A DNA stretch of 64,000 nt, taken from positions 342,550,001 through 342,614,000 of the forward strand of contig OZ024741.1 in the NCBI GenBank assembly GCA_964016885.1, written 5' to 3'. The DNA comes from Eledone cirrhosa. Taxonomy: Eukaryota. A program made the position numbers and the translations under genes. Under the pieces are notes generated by a model, which was given only the letters and a program-made list of their open reading frames with translations, made no database searches and was not told where the DNA came from. Of this stretch, positions 26,939 to 41,056 are shown one piece after another. Position 1 is the stretch's first letter. The number at the start of each line of letters is the position of its first letter.

Positions 26939-29156
26939 GGAAAAATTTGAACAGGGACAAAACAGAGAGGCAGTACAATAAATGTTTATTAATTTCACGC
27001 TCAGGAGAGTGGGGTGTAGGTGGGGAACGACGTTTCGGGTATAAGCCCTTCCTCAGGTGAGAAGTGTGTGGGAACAGAGTTCAAAAGGTGTGTAGGGGAG
27101 TGGTGGAGAGACATATAGCGAAAGGAAACGGTGCGAATGCAAAAATAACAAATAAAGATAAAAATAAAAATAAAGCATGATCAAAATACAAGGAATGAGA
27201 TAAATTTAAAAATAAAGGCATGATCAAAATAAACTGAAATTAAAAGGGGGGTAAACAGGTGGTGGAAGGGTGTGGGGTGAGTAGGGGTGGTGGCGGGTGG
27301 AGTGGGGAGAGGGAGACGGGGTGTCCGAGCGGGGAGGGCTGAAGGTGGTGTGTGTGTGTAGGTGTGCGTGTGTGTCTGTGTGTGTGTATGTGAAAGTAAG
27401 GGTTGGGGGAAGAACGGGGTTGCATGTTCAGGAAGAGGTGTGTTTGGGGGGTGTTTTTGTGGATCGGAGTGTCTGTGCGTGTGTGGATAGGGGGGGTGGG
27501 GGAGAGGAATCAGGAGGCTGAGGGTGTAAATATGTGGTGGAAAGCACGTGTGTGTGGGGTTTAAGCGTGTTGTGGGTGTGGGTGGCGTGTGGAGAAAATT
27601 TTTTTTTTGGGGTGTGTGTGTGGGTGAGTTATATAGGTGATTACGTAAGAGGATGGTTGAAAAGTTGGTAAATTCCAAGGATGTTTAGTGGATTGGTTGT
27701 AAGTCAATTTCTGCGTGTGGGTAATCCATGAAGCGGTGGTCGGAAGAGGAGAGATGTGGGGTGCGCGCGCAACAGGAAGTGGTCAGCAGTGGGAGTGCTG
27801 TTGTCTGTTAGTGCTGGGAGGTGGTCAGAGGGCATAGCAGCAGTCGGTGGAATGGTAAGGGGGCGAGGATGGGTAGGTGTGAAAGTTGGAGTGAGGAGGG
27901 TGTGTGTGTGTGTGTGTGTGTGTATTAGTAGGGGTGTGTGGGATGAGTGAGTGTGGAGCGAGGGTGTGGGTGGAGCGGGGAGAGAAGGGTGTGTGTGGTT
28001 CTATGGAGGGAGTGTGGTGTACTGGTGTGTGTGTAGTTTGATGAAGAGGTGTTAGTGGGTGTTAGTATACGGGAGGTGGGGAGGGGTTGAATGCAGGGGT
28101 GAGTGGGGGTTAGTGGTGGTAGGGTGTGTAGAGTTGGTGGTGTACGAGGGTGTGTGGGTACGTGTGCGTGGGGTTGGGGGGTGTTAGTGATGTTAGTTGC
28201 GTGTGGGGTGGGTGGTGTAAGTGGGTGCGTGTGTTCGTGTGCTTGGGGTTAGGGGGTGTTAGTGAGGTTAGTTGCGGGGTGGTGGGATGGAGGTGTGGGG
28301 GTGAGGGTTAGTGGTGGTAGTAGGGTGTGTGTTTAGTGTGAGCGCGTGTATATATGTGCCGGTGGGTGTGTGCGTGTGATAAGGAAGGGGGAGGAGGAGA
28401 AGAGGGGAGGGAAGGGCTGTTAGTATGTTAGTTGGGGAAGGGTGGTCAGATGAGGGGTGGAGTGGAGGTGTTAGTATTGTTAGTGTGGGGTGGGCGGTGA
28501 AAAGGAGGGGTGTGTTAGTGGTGTTAGTGGGGGATAAGTGTGGGGGGAGGGGGGAGGTCGAACGCTAAAGGAATAAGGGTGGGGAGTTCAGGCCGGGGGG
28601 AGTGTGGGTCTGTAAGATGAAGATAGTTCGTTGTTCGACCGTAAGGTGATGGGCGGGTGTTCCGTGGCACTGGAGTAGGCCACAGACTGTGAGATGGCGT
28701 GCGGAGTGTCCAGGGCCACCAAAGTGGCGGGCGATGGGGGAACTGCCCCCGAGACGAATATCCCGGAGGTGCTCCGTGACTCGGTCCGCCAGTCGACGTC
28801 CCGTCTGTCCGACATAAGTCCGTAGACTAGGTTGGAGGAGGTGCAGCGGAAGGCATGCCGGACCGAGAGAGAGTGGTCGTTGGGACCCTGGAAGGTGGTG
28901 GTGTTGGTGATGTGGGGACAGGTGTTGCAGCGGGGCCTAGAACAGGGAAAGGAACCGGGGGGGGGGAACAGAGCGTGGGTTGGGGGGTAGGGAGCTGTGG
29001 ACGAGGAGGGTGCGGAGATTGCGTGCGCGTTTGAAGGAGGGGAGTGGTGGGGTTGGGAAGATGTGGGAGGTGGAGGGGTCGGACTGGAGGCGTCGGAAGA
29101 GGCGGCGGATGGTGCGGTGGAGGGGTAAGGTGGAGGGGTGGTAGGTGATGGGGAAG

Positions 29157-29160
<4 letters not shown>
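26935..29160 (-). mobile_element. 5'-truncated Neptune-type Penelope-like element with long C-rich 3' UTR, in (TA)n
   Basis: Minus-strand reading of 29060-28570 (not captured by the ORF track): PPLPSFKRARNLRTLLVHSSL, GSFPCSRPRCNTCPHI, FRCTSSNLVY, YVGQTGRRLADRVTEHLRDI, SPIARHF, PGLN; hammerhead near the 3' end. Confidence 0.85.
27022..27061 (-). ncRNA. Minimal type-I hammerhead ribozyme
   Basis: Minus strand CAC-CTGAGGA-A-GGG CTTATA CCC-GAAACGTC/GTT; palindromic ACGT stem III; stem I only 2 bp. Confidence 0.65.
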
Positions 29161-29197
<37 letters not shown>

Positions 29198-29228
29198 AGT
29201 GTAATTTTCTACACAAAACGAAGGTTAT

Positions 29229-29726
<498 letters not shown>

Positions 29727-30214
29727 TTAATACAATAACAGAGATAGTTTAAAGCTAATCTCCGACTGGTAACCATCTCACTCAACAAACATTAGGTTAT
29801 ATTTTAATATAAACCCAATTTAAGTGTTTGGGGTGCTAACAATATGTATTATGTGGAAAAGCCAGTTGTATTATTTTATGAGATATAATTAAAGTTAAAA
29901 TATATCTCTCTTTCCAAACAATTGTTTCATTATAAGTTTTCTACAAATTCGCAGAATATTTCCAGTTCATGTAGAAGCCTAATATACATTCATGTAAGAA
30001 TATATTTAGGTGGGCGTTTATAAATCATCAGTGGAAGCCCAATAAACTTTGATATAAGAAAAACATTTCTTACCACAGTTAAGAATCGTGTCCGTTAATT
30101 TGCTCCTTCCCGCATCGAATGACCGGCAAATTTGAAATTCCAGCATTTTTTGACTGAGGAAGTATTATAGCGTGACTAAGCGGGAAGGGGAGACAACTAC
30201 GATCCACGAAAGGA

Positions 30215-30306
<92 letters not shown>

Positions 30307-30430
30307 GCACACACACACATATATATATATAGGACTTCCAATTTCATTTTACATTATATACATTTCTGTGTATATTTTCATTATTTAAAAATTATTTTTA
30401 AGTGAACATGATTTTAAAAAATATATTTTT

Positions 30431-30459
30431 GACCCAACGGGTTACGCACGGGTGGTCTA

Positions 30460-30461
<2 letters not shown>
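30431..30461 (+). mobile_element. Possible Helitron 3' terminus
   Basis: Imperfect GC hairpin ACCCAACGGGTTACGCACGGGT followed by CTAG|T; 5' end not identified. Confidence 0.4.
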
Positions 30462-30526
<65 letters not shown>

Positions 30527-30571
30527 ATATTAAGGATACTATTTATAGTTATGTATATTTTAAACTATAAA

Positions 30572-30699
30572 CAGGGAAGGTCAGTAATTTATTACTACCT
30601 TATTACCAGTAAGATAAATAGATCAATGTAACATCAGTTCTTACATTGAGCTAATTATCTTACTGGTAATAAGGTAGTAATAAATTACTGACCTTCCCT
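30572..30699. repeat. Near-perfect hairpin, ~60-bp arms, 9-nt loop
   Basis: AGGGAAGGTCAGTAATTTATTACTACCTTATTACCAGTAAGATAA.TAG.TCAATGTAA / reverse complement. Confidence 0.85.
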
Positions 30700-30794
30700 A
30701 TCATTTGTTCTGTCTCTCGTTTTTCTGTTTTTTGCTCTCTGTTTACTTTTTAAAAAACTATATATATATATATATATATGTACACACAAAAACA

Positions 30795-31098
30795 AGATGG
30801 CGTAGGACAGAACAAAGGAGAGGCACAAAAACAAAGAAAAGAACCCCCAGTCACTGAAGAGGTCACAGAATGCGTGACGAAAGAACTTTGACAATATATA
30901 AACAATCATCTGGTTGTGGAACCAACCAACCAACCGGAAATTTATAAATTCCTAAATTTATAAATTTATTATAATAAATTGAAGTGAAAGCGACTGGTGC
31001 GTGTGTTTCTTATTGGCAACATGACTCTCCCAAAGTATAACAATATAGGTTTCAACACACGTTTTCAGATAAAGAATCTTGCTAAACAAATTCAGAAA

Positions 31099-31100
<2 letters not shown>
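30795..31100 (+). mobile_element. Solo PLE pLTR with hammerhead at 30850-30892
   Basis: Second copy of 24890-25190; GTCA-CTGAAGA-GGTCAC..GTGAC-GAAAGAACTT/TGAC. Confidence 0.75.
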
Positions 31101-31152
<52 letters not shown>

Positions 31153-31439
31153 AAATAACGAAACGAAATTAAATTTCGTTTCGTTTGTAACTCACTTTTG
31201 TATGACTGACGCTTAAACAATTAAGTTAAAAATGTACATCCACATATGTATACTGAAATACTAGTATGCATATGAATACACACACGTATACATATGTAGA
31301 TGTACCAAGTTTTTCACTGATCACTTTACCGTGAGTGTCCAGCTATTCTGTATGTAAACACACAGACAAACCGGTTTTTAGAGTCATACTGGTTTTTGAG
31401 GAAACACCTTTCCTCTATTCTCCAGAAAGCCAGACAAGG

Positions 31440-31484
31440 AATATTGAACTAGTTTCGTTGTTGTTACAACTCATCAGCAATATT
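31440..31484 (-). ncRNA. Minimal type-I hammerhead ribozyme (array copy 1)
   Basis: AATATTG-CTGATGA-GTTGT AACA ACAAC-GAAAC TA GTT/CAATATT. Confidence 0.88.
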
Positions 31485-31904
31485 TACCTATCTACCGGCC
31501 TTTCTGGAGAATCGTAAAAGCACATATCGTTATATGCTTTTTCTATGAAAATTAGTAGTGGGCAGACTAATTTGCATAGAGTGTGAGTACGTACCGGTTC
31601 AACGGAGACGATAAAAACAAATAACGAAACGAAATTAAATTTCGTTTCGTTTGTAACTCACTTTTGTATGACTGACGCTTAAACAATTAAGTTAAAAATG
31701 TACATCCACATATGTATACTGAAATACTAGTATGCATATGAATACACACACGTATACATATGTAGATGTACCAAGTTTTTCACTGGTCACTTTACCGTGA
31801 GTGTCCAGCTATTCTGTATGTAAACACACAGACAAACCGGTTTTTAGAGTCATACTGGTTTTTGAGGAAACACCTTTCCTCTATTCTCCAGAAAGCCAGA
31901 AAGG

Positions 31905-31949
31905 AATATTGAACTAGTTTCGTTGTTGTTACAACTCATCAGCAATATT
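31905..31949 (-). ncRNA. Minimal type-I hammerhead ribozyme (array copy 2)
   Basis: Identical motif to 31440-31484. Confidence 0.88.
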
Positions 31950-32545
31950 TACCTATCTACCGGCCTTTCTGGAGAATCGTAAAAGCACAATCGTTATATG
32001 CTTTTTCTATGAAAATTAGTAGTGGGCAGACTAATTTGCATAGAGTGTGAGTACGTACCGGTTCAACGGAGACGATAAAAACAAATAACGAAACGAAATT
32101 AAATTTCGTTTCGTTTGTAACTCACTTTTGTATGACTGACGCTTAAACAATTAAGTTAAAAATGTACATCCACATATGTATACTGAAATACTAGTATGCA
32201 TATGAATACACACACGTATACATATGTAGATGTACCAAGTTTTTCACTGGTCACTTTACCGTGAGTGTCCAGCTATTCTGTATGTAAACACACAGACAAA
32301 CCGGTTTTTAGAGTCATACTGGTTTTTGAGGAAACACCTTTCCTCTATTCTCCAGAAAGCCAGACAAACGAAATTACAAACGAAACGAAATTTAATTTCG
32401 TTTCGTTATTTGTTTTTATCGTCTCCGTTGAACCGGTACGTACTCACACTCTATGCAAATTAGTCTGCCCACTACTAATTTTCATAGAAAAAGCATATAA
32501 CGATATGTGCTTTTACGATTCTCCAGAAAGGCCGGTAGATAGGTA

Positions 32546-32590
32546 AATATTGCTGATGAGTTGTAACAACAACGAAACTAGTTCAATATT
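32546..32590 (+). ncRNA. Minimal type-I hammerhead ribozyme (array copy 3)
   Basis: AATATTGCTGATGAGTTGTAACAACAACGAAACTAGTTCAATATT: 7-bp stem I, canonical core, 5-bp stem II, palindromic AACTAGTT stem III. Confidence 0.88.
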
Positions 32591-33011
32591 CCTTGTCTGG
32601 CTTTCTGGAGAATAGAGGAAAGGTGTTTCCTCAAAAACCAGTATGACTCTAAAAACCGGTTTGTCTGTGTGTTTACATACAGAATAGCTGGACACTCACG
32701 GTAAAGTGACCAGTGAAAAACTTGGTACATCTACATATGTATACGTGTGTGTATTCAAATGCATACTAGTATTTCAGTATACATTTGTGGATGTACATTT
32801 TTAACTTAATTGTTTAAGCGTCAGTCATACAAAAGTGAGTTACAAACGAAACGAAATTTAATTTCGTTTCGTTATTTGTTTTTATCGTCTCCGTTGAACC
32901 GGTACGTACTCACACTCTATGCAAATTAGTCTGCCCACTACTAATTTTCATAGAAAAAGCATATAACGATATGTGCTTTTACGATTCTCCAGAAAGGCCG
33001 GTAGATAGGTA

Positions 33012-33056
33012 AATATTGCTGATGAGTTGTAACAACAACGAAACTAGTTCAATATT
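33012..33056 (+). ncRNA. Minimal type-I hammerhead ribozyme (array copy 4)
   Basis: Identical motif 466 bp downstream of copy 3. Confidence 0.88.
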
Positions 33057-33505
33057 CCTTGTCTGGCTTTCTGGAGAATAGAGGAAAGGTGTTTCCTCAA
33101 AAACCAGTATGACTCTAAAAACCGGTTTGTCTGTGTGTTTACATACAGAATAGCTGGACACTCACGGTAAAGTGACCAGTGAAAAACTTGGTACATCTAC
33201 ATATGTATACGTGTGTGTATTCATATGCATACTAGTATTTCAGTATACATATGTGGATGTACATTTTTAACTTAATTGTATATATATATATATATATATA
33301 GTGGAACCCAATTCGTGTCCGAGTACAACCTCTCTTAGAAGAAGAATTAAAGAAACACAAAATAAAACAGTATTATTGATGTTGCTATCGTAGATGATGC
33401 CTTAGATGACTCATCAAACATGGAAGTGACTTACATACCATACCACACAGCATACAGGTAAGTTTCCCTCCTCCTTTAGTTTGATTCGCGTGGCATGCTT
33501 TATGG

Positions 33506-33990
33506 CAGGGGTGGGCAAACATTTTGGATCGGGGGCCACATTGATTGGGTCATGAACACCAGAGGGCAGCACCATTTATTATTGGATATAGTGTGCCAGT
33601 AACCTTACTTTTCTTCAGTTAGAATTAAGAAAATATAAAATATAAACTGCACCATTATAATATTTAGATTAATAAAATGATTAAATACAAAAATCTTAAA
33701 ACAAAGTTTTCTTTTCATTTGTGTCTGTACATCACAAAACATACCAGAACAAACAATTTAATGTGACAAATGCAACTGGTCATAATATGTTACATTTTAA
33801 TAAAAATCTGGCACAACGTTGCTGTTAGAAATTCTCAACACTGCTTGCAGGTCTGAGTCTGAAATCATGGATATGGACTTGGACTTGTTTATTTTAAGAC
33901 AGGAAAAACTCTGTTCACAGATTAAGTTGACCCCAAAATTGAAAATCTGACAGCAAAGCTTCTCAAACATGGAAATTTTCATCTGAACGA
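33506..33990 (-). mobile_element. hAT (Charlie/SPIN-like) DNA transposon 3' end with transposase C-terminal remnant
   Basis: TIR-like CAGGGGTGGGCAAAC at 33506; minus strand FGVNLICEQSFSCLKINKSK..SDSDLQAVLRIS..PDF resembles the hAT dimerisation domain. Confidence 0.7.
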
Positions 33991-34203
33991 GACTTGTAAT
34001 GGCACAGAATGAAATTTCTTTCAGCGCGTTTTCCCACTCCTGCTTTCTGCTACCGTGTTAGCCCACTTGCAGTATGACACACTTTGGTACAGATGCCACA
34101 AGCAATATCAATGTTTATGTAAGTACTCAAAAGTGTTATTTCCATGAGTATAACGTCTACTATGGCTTAGTAGCTCAGCCTTATTGTTATTATGTTATCT
34201 CAT

Positions 34204-34290
<87 letters not shown>

Positions 34291-34319
34291 GCATACACAC
34301 ACACGCAAATATTGTTCAT

Positions 34320-34605
34320 CTTACGGGGTCGATAAAATAAAGTACCAGTAATGCACTGGGTAATTGCTGGCCTTGTGCCTAACGTAGAAACAATTATTAT
34401 TATAACGGCGAATTGGCAGAGTCGTTAGAACGTCGGATAGAATGATTTAAGGTATTCATTCCTGCTCTTTGTTCTCTGCTCTCGGAGTTCAAATGCCACC
34501 GAGGTCAACTTTGCCTTTCATCTTTTTGAGGTCGATAAAATAAAGTACCAGTAATGCCTGGGATAATTGCTGGCCTTGTGGTAAAAGTAGAAACAATTAT
34601 TATTA
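34320..34605 (+). mobile_element. Two tRNA-derived SINE copies (Meta-like), first one truncated
   Basis: GGGTCGATAAAATAAAGTACCAG..GTAGAAACAATTATT twice. Confidence 0.75.
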
Positions 34606-34606
34606 T

Positions 34607-35519
34607 TTGCTCGTCTCCTTAATGGAGCTGCAGTCCAAGGTTAAGCGAAGACCAAGAGGGAACGCTTGCAGACGGGAATGTCTTCAAGCACTCAGAGCCA
34701 TCCGTCAATCGGGCAGTACGATTGGTGGAAACCCCAGAAGGTTAGTGACTGGAAAAAACGACGACGTTCTTGGGGAAACTCAAGGCATTGATGAAAATCA
34801 ATCAGCCACTCTTTTCCAGAGGACATTCAGTTCAAGGCCAACGGTTAACTCATCAGGCATGGATGTGCTATCAACCAGGCCTGTCCAAGATGCGAGCAGG
34901 GCGGCGACGAAAGCGTCATGCACGCATTCACCGAATGTGAGATCATTGCTGACATGTGGGTTTATGTCGAACATCTGATTTTCATGGGACGGATCCGCCC
35001 ATCAACTGAGTCCATTGTGAAGATTGTTCCATCGTCTTCCTTTAGATGTGAAGGACTGGCAGTTTTATCTGTCTGGTGGCCATGACGAAAGAGACCATGT
35101 GATAGACGCATTTGAAAGGGCTGAAGACAAGCACTTTGCTTTTCAGGGAAGCCCTGATTAACTTTTTCAAAGTTCACTTGAAGAGAAAAATCAGGGGGAA
35201 GAAGGCAGTGCTATCTTCCAACCAGTTTGTTGAAAGGTGAGTGAGAGTGAATGGGCCCGCTCTGAGTATACGCCTCTAAGTTGAAGGAGAACAGCAGAGA
35301 GGGGGAACTTGCCCGAGTAGTGAGGTTGACCGTGGCTTTTTGTAGTCTTTGTCTACGAGTGACCTTCGGAGTCTCCCCATTTTTTATGTTTGATTTTTTT
35401 CAATGTTTATTTTACTAGTCTCTCTTATGTAAATTCTATTTTACACAAAAATCCCACAGAGTACCGTCATGTGACGCCTTTAATGTTTTCTTAACATGAG
35501 CCCTGTGGGACTAATAAAG

Positions 35520-35523
<4 letters not shown>
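34607..35523 (+). mobile_element. Degraded 3' fragment of a Tx1/L1-clade LINE ending in (TCA)n
   Basis: 34870-35280 aligns by eye to 52720-53160 (e.g. GGCAGTTTTATCTGTCTGGTGGCCATG, GCCCTGATTAACTTTTTCAA); tail CTAATAAAGAAA-(TCA)n. Confidence 0.8.
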
Positions 35524-35576
<53 letters not shown>

Positions 35577-35669
35577 CCATTATACCCATCATCATCATCA
35601 TAATCATTACCACCATCTTTACCATCACCGTCATCATCATCACCATCGCGACAAGTAATAATGATAAAA

Positions 35670-35997
35670 ATATTGGTTTCTGATTTTGACACAAGGGCAA
35701 CAATTTGGGGGAGGAGAAAGTCAATTAAATCAACCCCAGTACGTTACTGGTACTTTAGTTTATCGACCCCATAATAACGATGATGATGATGATGATGGGT
35801 ATAATGGCGGTGGATTGGCAGTATCGGTAGAGGGTCGGGCGCCATGCTTTGACGCATAGAGTTACGGCCCTTGCCAATCTGAGTTCAAATTCCGCCGAGG
35901 TTAACTTTGCCTTTCATCCTTAGGGGATCGATAAAATAAAGTACCAGTAATCCACTGGGAAATTAATGGCCTTGTGCCAAAAGTAGAAACAATTATT
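35670..35997. mobile_element. SINE 3' fragment (-) and full Meta-like SINE (+, 35805-35997)
   Basis: Same conserved head, central domain and tail. Confidence 0.75.
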
Positions 35998-36051
35998 ACT
36001 TGTTGCGTGACCTTCACATTTCGACGTAGCTGAAAAAAAGAAAAACTATTT

Positions 36052-36099
<48 letters not shown>

Positions 36100-36115
36100 A
36101 CACACACACACACAC

Positions 36116-36167
<52 letters not shown>

Positions 36168-36211
36168 AAAGAATAGAGGTGTAACACACAAGTTATTATA
36201 TATTGGTAAAC

Positions 36212-37582
<1,371 letters not shown>

Positions 37583-37599
37583 ATATTAACAATTCTTTC

Positions 37600-37865
37600 T
37601 TCTCTGAAGATTCTATACCAATAGCATTAACAACAAAGTATACGTGCGCGTACACGCACAAAAAATTTATGAATTGTTATTCGCTGATGTATAGATGAAA
37701 CATAATGTAAGAAGTAAAATTTGGCCTTAAACGTATTACCTCTATTCCATCCATTGAGGACCGAAAGAATTAACTGTAGAGATATAAAAGATACAGAAGC
37801 GAAAACCAACCAAACAGTGAGTGTGTTCTGTTATTATTTCTGGCAATATGACCCTTCCCAGGTAT

Positions 37866-37872
<7 letters not shown>
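37600..37872 (+). mobile_element. Diverged PLE 3' terminal fragment
   Basis: GCGAAAACCAACCAAACAGTGAGTGTGTTCTG..ATGACCC..GTATAACAATAT, shared with 38440-38530 (inverted) and 40976-41062. Confidence 0.7.
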
Positions 37873-37952
<80 letters not shown>

Positions 37953-38069
37953 TTAATTATATATATATATATATATATAAGTTAATTATATATATATATA
38001 TGCTCAGCCGTTAATATGCATAAGGAAAGTATATACTTTCAGACGTTCAATTATCTGGCAGGAAGGTAT

Positions 38070-38112
38070 ACGATGCTGACGATAGCTAATAAGCTTGAAA
38101 CTAGTACATCGT
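38070..38112 (+). ncRNA. Minimal type-I hammerhead ribozyme in a solo (TA)n-flanked repeat
   Basis: ACGATG-CTGACGA-T AGCT AATA AGCT T-GAAAC TA GTA/CATCGT; 6-bp stem I, palindromic ACTAGT. Confidence 0.8.
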
Positions 38113-38394
38113 TCCTTTGTCAGTGTTGAACAAAAGGGCAACGATGGTTGCTAAACACTGTACGGCTTAATTCTGGCTGTTTATTTACAAACAAACCGAA
38201 CATTATAATAAATGTTCGGTAAACCGATACGTACATATATATATGTGTACATGTATGTATATATATACATACTACTGTACGTCTGTATACATATATGTAT
38301 GTACGTATACATACATACTTACATTTAAGTAACTGCCGTACTAAGAGTGAGAAATGAAATTTCGTTTCATTTTTTCCATTTATATATATATATA

Positions 38395-41056
38395 TATTAG
38401 TTTTGCAAGGTTTTTGATATGAAATCGTGTGTCGAAACAAATATTGTTATACTTGGGGAGGGTCATATTTGTGTAATAATATTGCCAGAATTAATAACAG
38501 AACACACTCACTGTTTGGTTGGTTTTCGCTTCTGTGTCTTTTATATCGGTTAATTTAATATATTCGGTCCTCAATGTTACCATTGACTGACCAACGGTCA
38601 AAAATACAGATATAATATAGACACAAACACACATATATAGTCTAACAAAGTTCTTTCGTTGCACATCTGCAACATCGTCAGTGGTGCTATTATGTTTCAT
38701 CCTGCTTACGCCATCTTTATTTAATCTGTTTATTTATTTATTTTTTTATTTATTAAAAAAAAAAAAATTTTGTCTTCTCTGCGCATGCGTTTGCGTGTGT
38801 GTGTATAGTGTTTGATGTGTGTTCGTGTTTGGGTGACTCTGTATTGGTTATTGTATTCTATCTTAGTTTACTAGTGTGTGTTTATATGTGTTTGTTGTTA
38901 TTGTGCTTGTGTATGTATTTATTTATTTATTTATACTTCTCTTAGGTCAGTATTGTTTGTTTGGGTGTTGTTGTTATTCCATTCATTTTTTTCTGTTTAG
39001 CCTTGGCCTTCTAAGTTCTATTTCGCTGGCCTCTCTGATTTGCCTAACTGCTGGGTCATTTCTATGTTTAGATATTATTCTAATTTCTATGTTGTCTATG
39101 TTACTGTCGTGTTGTTGTCTGGCATGTTCGTATAGTACTGAACCGTTTCTTCGTCCTTTTAGTTCCCCCCAGTGTTGGTCTATCCTTTCACCTATGCTAC
39201 GAGCTGTCTCGCCTATGTATGTTGTCATGTTTCTGCAAGTACCCTCTGTACATCTTATGTTATATACTACGTTTCTAGTTTTACAGTTTATTCGGGGGTT
39301 TATTTACATATAATACATTTCCTATTAGTACAGTGGGTTTTCTTAAAAGGGTAGGTTTTGCTGATCGGGGATTTTATGGTGGTTCCTGGCTTTTCTACCA
39401 CCTTAATCTTTAAGTGGGTCTCTCTCAGAGCCTTTCTACACTGGTTAGCTAATTTCCCTCCAGGGGTAGCGTCCACAAACATGACACTCTGGTATCTCTG
39501 GTTGTCGTACCATGAGGTGGCTTTCCCTATCTTATGTCTAGTCCTATCTAAGCTATTCCATGATTTGCTCCTGTATAATGAGCAAATTCCTTTCATGTCC
39601 AGTTCTATGAGGGTCTTATACTTCTCCGTGGCTCCTTCGTATACTCTGATTCTTTCTCTTTGGTTGTAGCCAGAGAACTGCATGCGGTTGATGAAGTGTT
39701 GGATGTGTCTTTCCATTTCTGTTGGATCGCACATGCGGGACACCTTCTTCATCACTCGTACCAAGTCTGCGATCAGAATATTAAACTTAGCACTACTGGA
39801 CATTACTGAGCTTTTGAGTATCAGGTATTTGGAGGCCATTGGTTTAGCATAGTGTGAGTGGAGAATTTGGGCTCTCTCGTCTATAGTGTTAATCCAGAGT
39901 TCCGTGTCTAATACAGATAGTCTATTGTTAGGGTGTTTGGACGGGTAGTCGATAGTTACAGTTATACTCTGGTGTATGGAATTAGCTATCTGCTGGATGC
40001 TTTCCATTGTGCTACGTTCTAAATCAAACTTGTTAGTACTCTCTTGTGGGGATGTCCTTATTACTATATTGATGTCGTCTACGTAACGAGAGTACATGAT
40101 GATGTCTATGGAGTTCTCATCAAGGATATCTTTGAGTCTCCTTTCCCACCATACCATAAAAAGGCTGGCAACGTTACCAGCTATGCTAACGCCAATGGCT
40201 GCTCCCTCATTTTGGGTGTAGATCTTCTCGTTGAATTTGAATATGTGGCCCTTTAGGGTAGTTTTGATATTAGCCTCTATTGCATGTGCGACCATTTTTC
40301 TTACCTAATCATTGTTTTGGGGGGGGGGGGTCCGTATAGCTTTGGTCCACCCAATCCACCTTCCCATGGGAGTCTTTTTTGCCATTGAGGTTATGGTGGG
40401 GGTCTACCTCTTATGCGTCTACTGAGGCAGAAACGTCTAAGGTCATGGCTGTCTAGGTAGTCAGTGTCATAGGTAAGTCTAAGTAGGAGGCCCAGTTCGT
40501 CTGTGGCGACGTCGCAGAACTCCACCTCACTCTCAATGATCATCTCCACACATTTTTCCACAGCAAAATCAATGTTAATGGATGGGTACAGTGATACCAC
40601 ATCCATACTGCCTATTATGCAGTTGGATAGGTTTTTGTTTTTGTTGCACTCACTGATTCTGCTGAAGAGGTCCTCTGTATTGTCACGTATATCTGGGGAC
40701 ATCTTGATTATGGGGCGTATAACCATTGAGAGGAAGTAGGAGATCCTGTAGTTGGTAGCTATATTTGCTCCGCCTACAGGTCTTGTTGGTGGTCTTGTTG
40801 TCGGGTCGTCGACTGTCTTGTGGTCTTTGCGGAGACCATACAAGGGTGGTATGCCATTGTTAGACACCTGGAAGTTGTTGGCAGTGCGTCTGCTTGGCTT
40901 TAGGATGTCGGTCCACATCATCATGTGAGCGTTGAGGATTTTCTCTCTCCCATCATGTATTTGCTGTGCAATTTCGCGAAAACCAACCAAACAGTGAGTG
41001 TGTTCTGTTATTAATTCTGGCAATATTATTACACAAATATGACCCTCCCCAAGTAT

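Larger units (their letters stand above)
31149..33279. repeat. Divergent array of 466-bp non-coding units with hammerhead ribozymes (retrozyme-like / tandem pLTR)
   Basis: Periods of 466 and 464 bp at 31155/31621/32085; inversion at about 32366; about 2 inverted units follow; (TA)n at both ends. Confidence 0.92.

Noticed and set aside
31335-31517. Repeated 60-aa ORF MSSYSVCKHT.. in the 466-bp unit
   Set aside because: GTG start, antisense to the ribozyme, frameshifted in copy 2, no recognisable motif
38983-41023. Naiad-type or selenoprotein-encoding PLE
   Set aside because: GIY-YIG is C-terminal, breaks look like ordinary decay, no SECIS recognised
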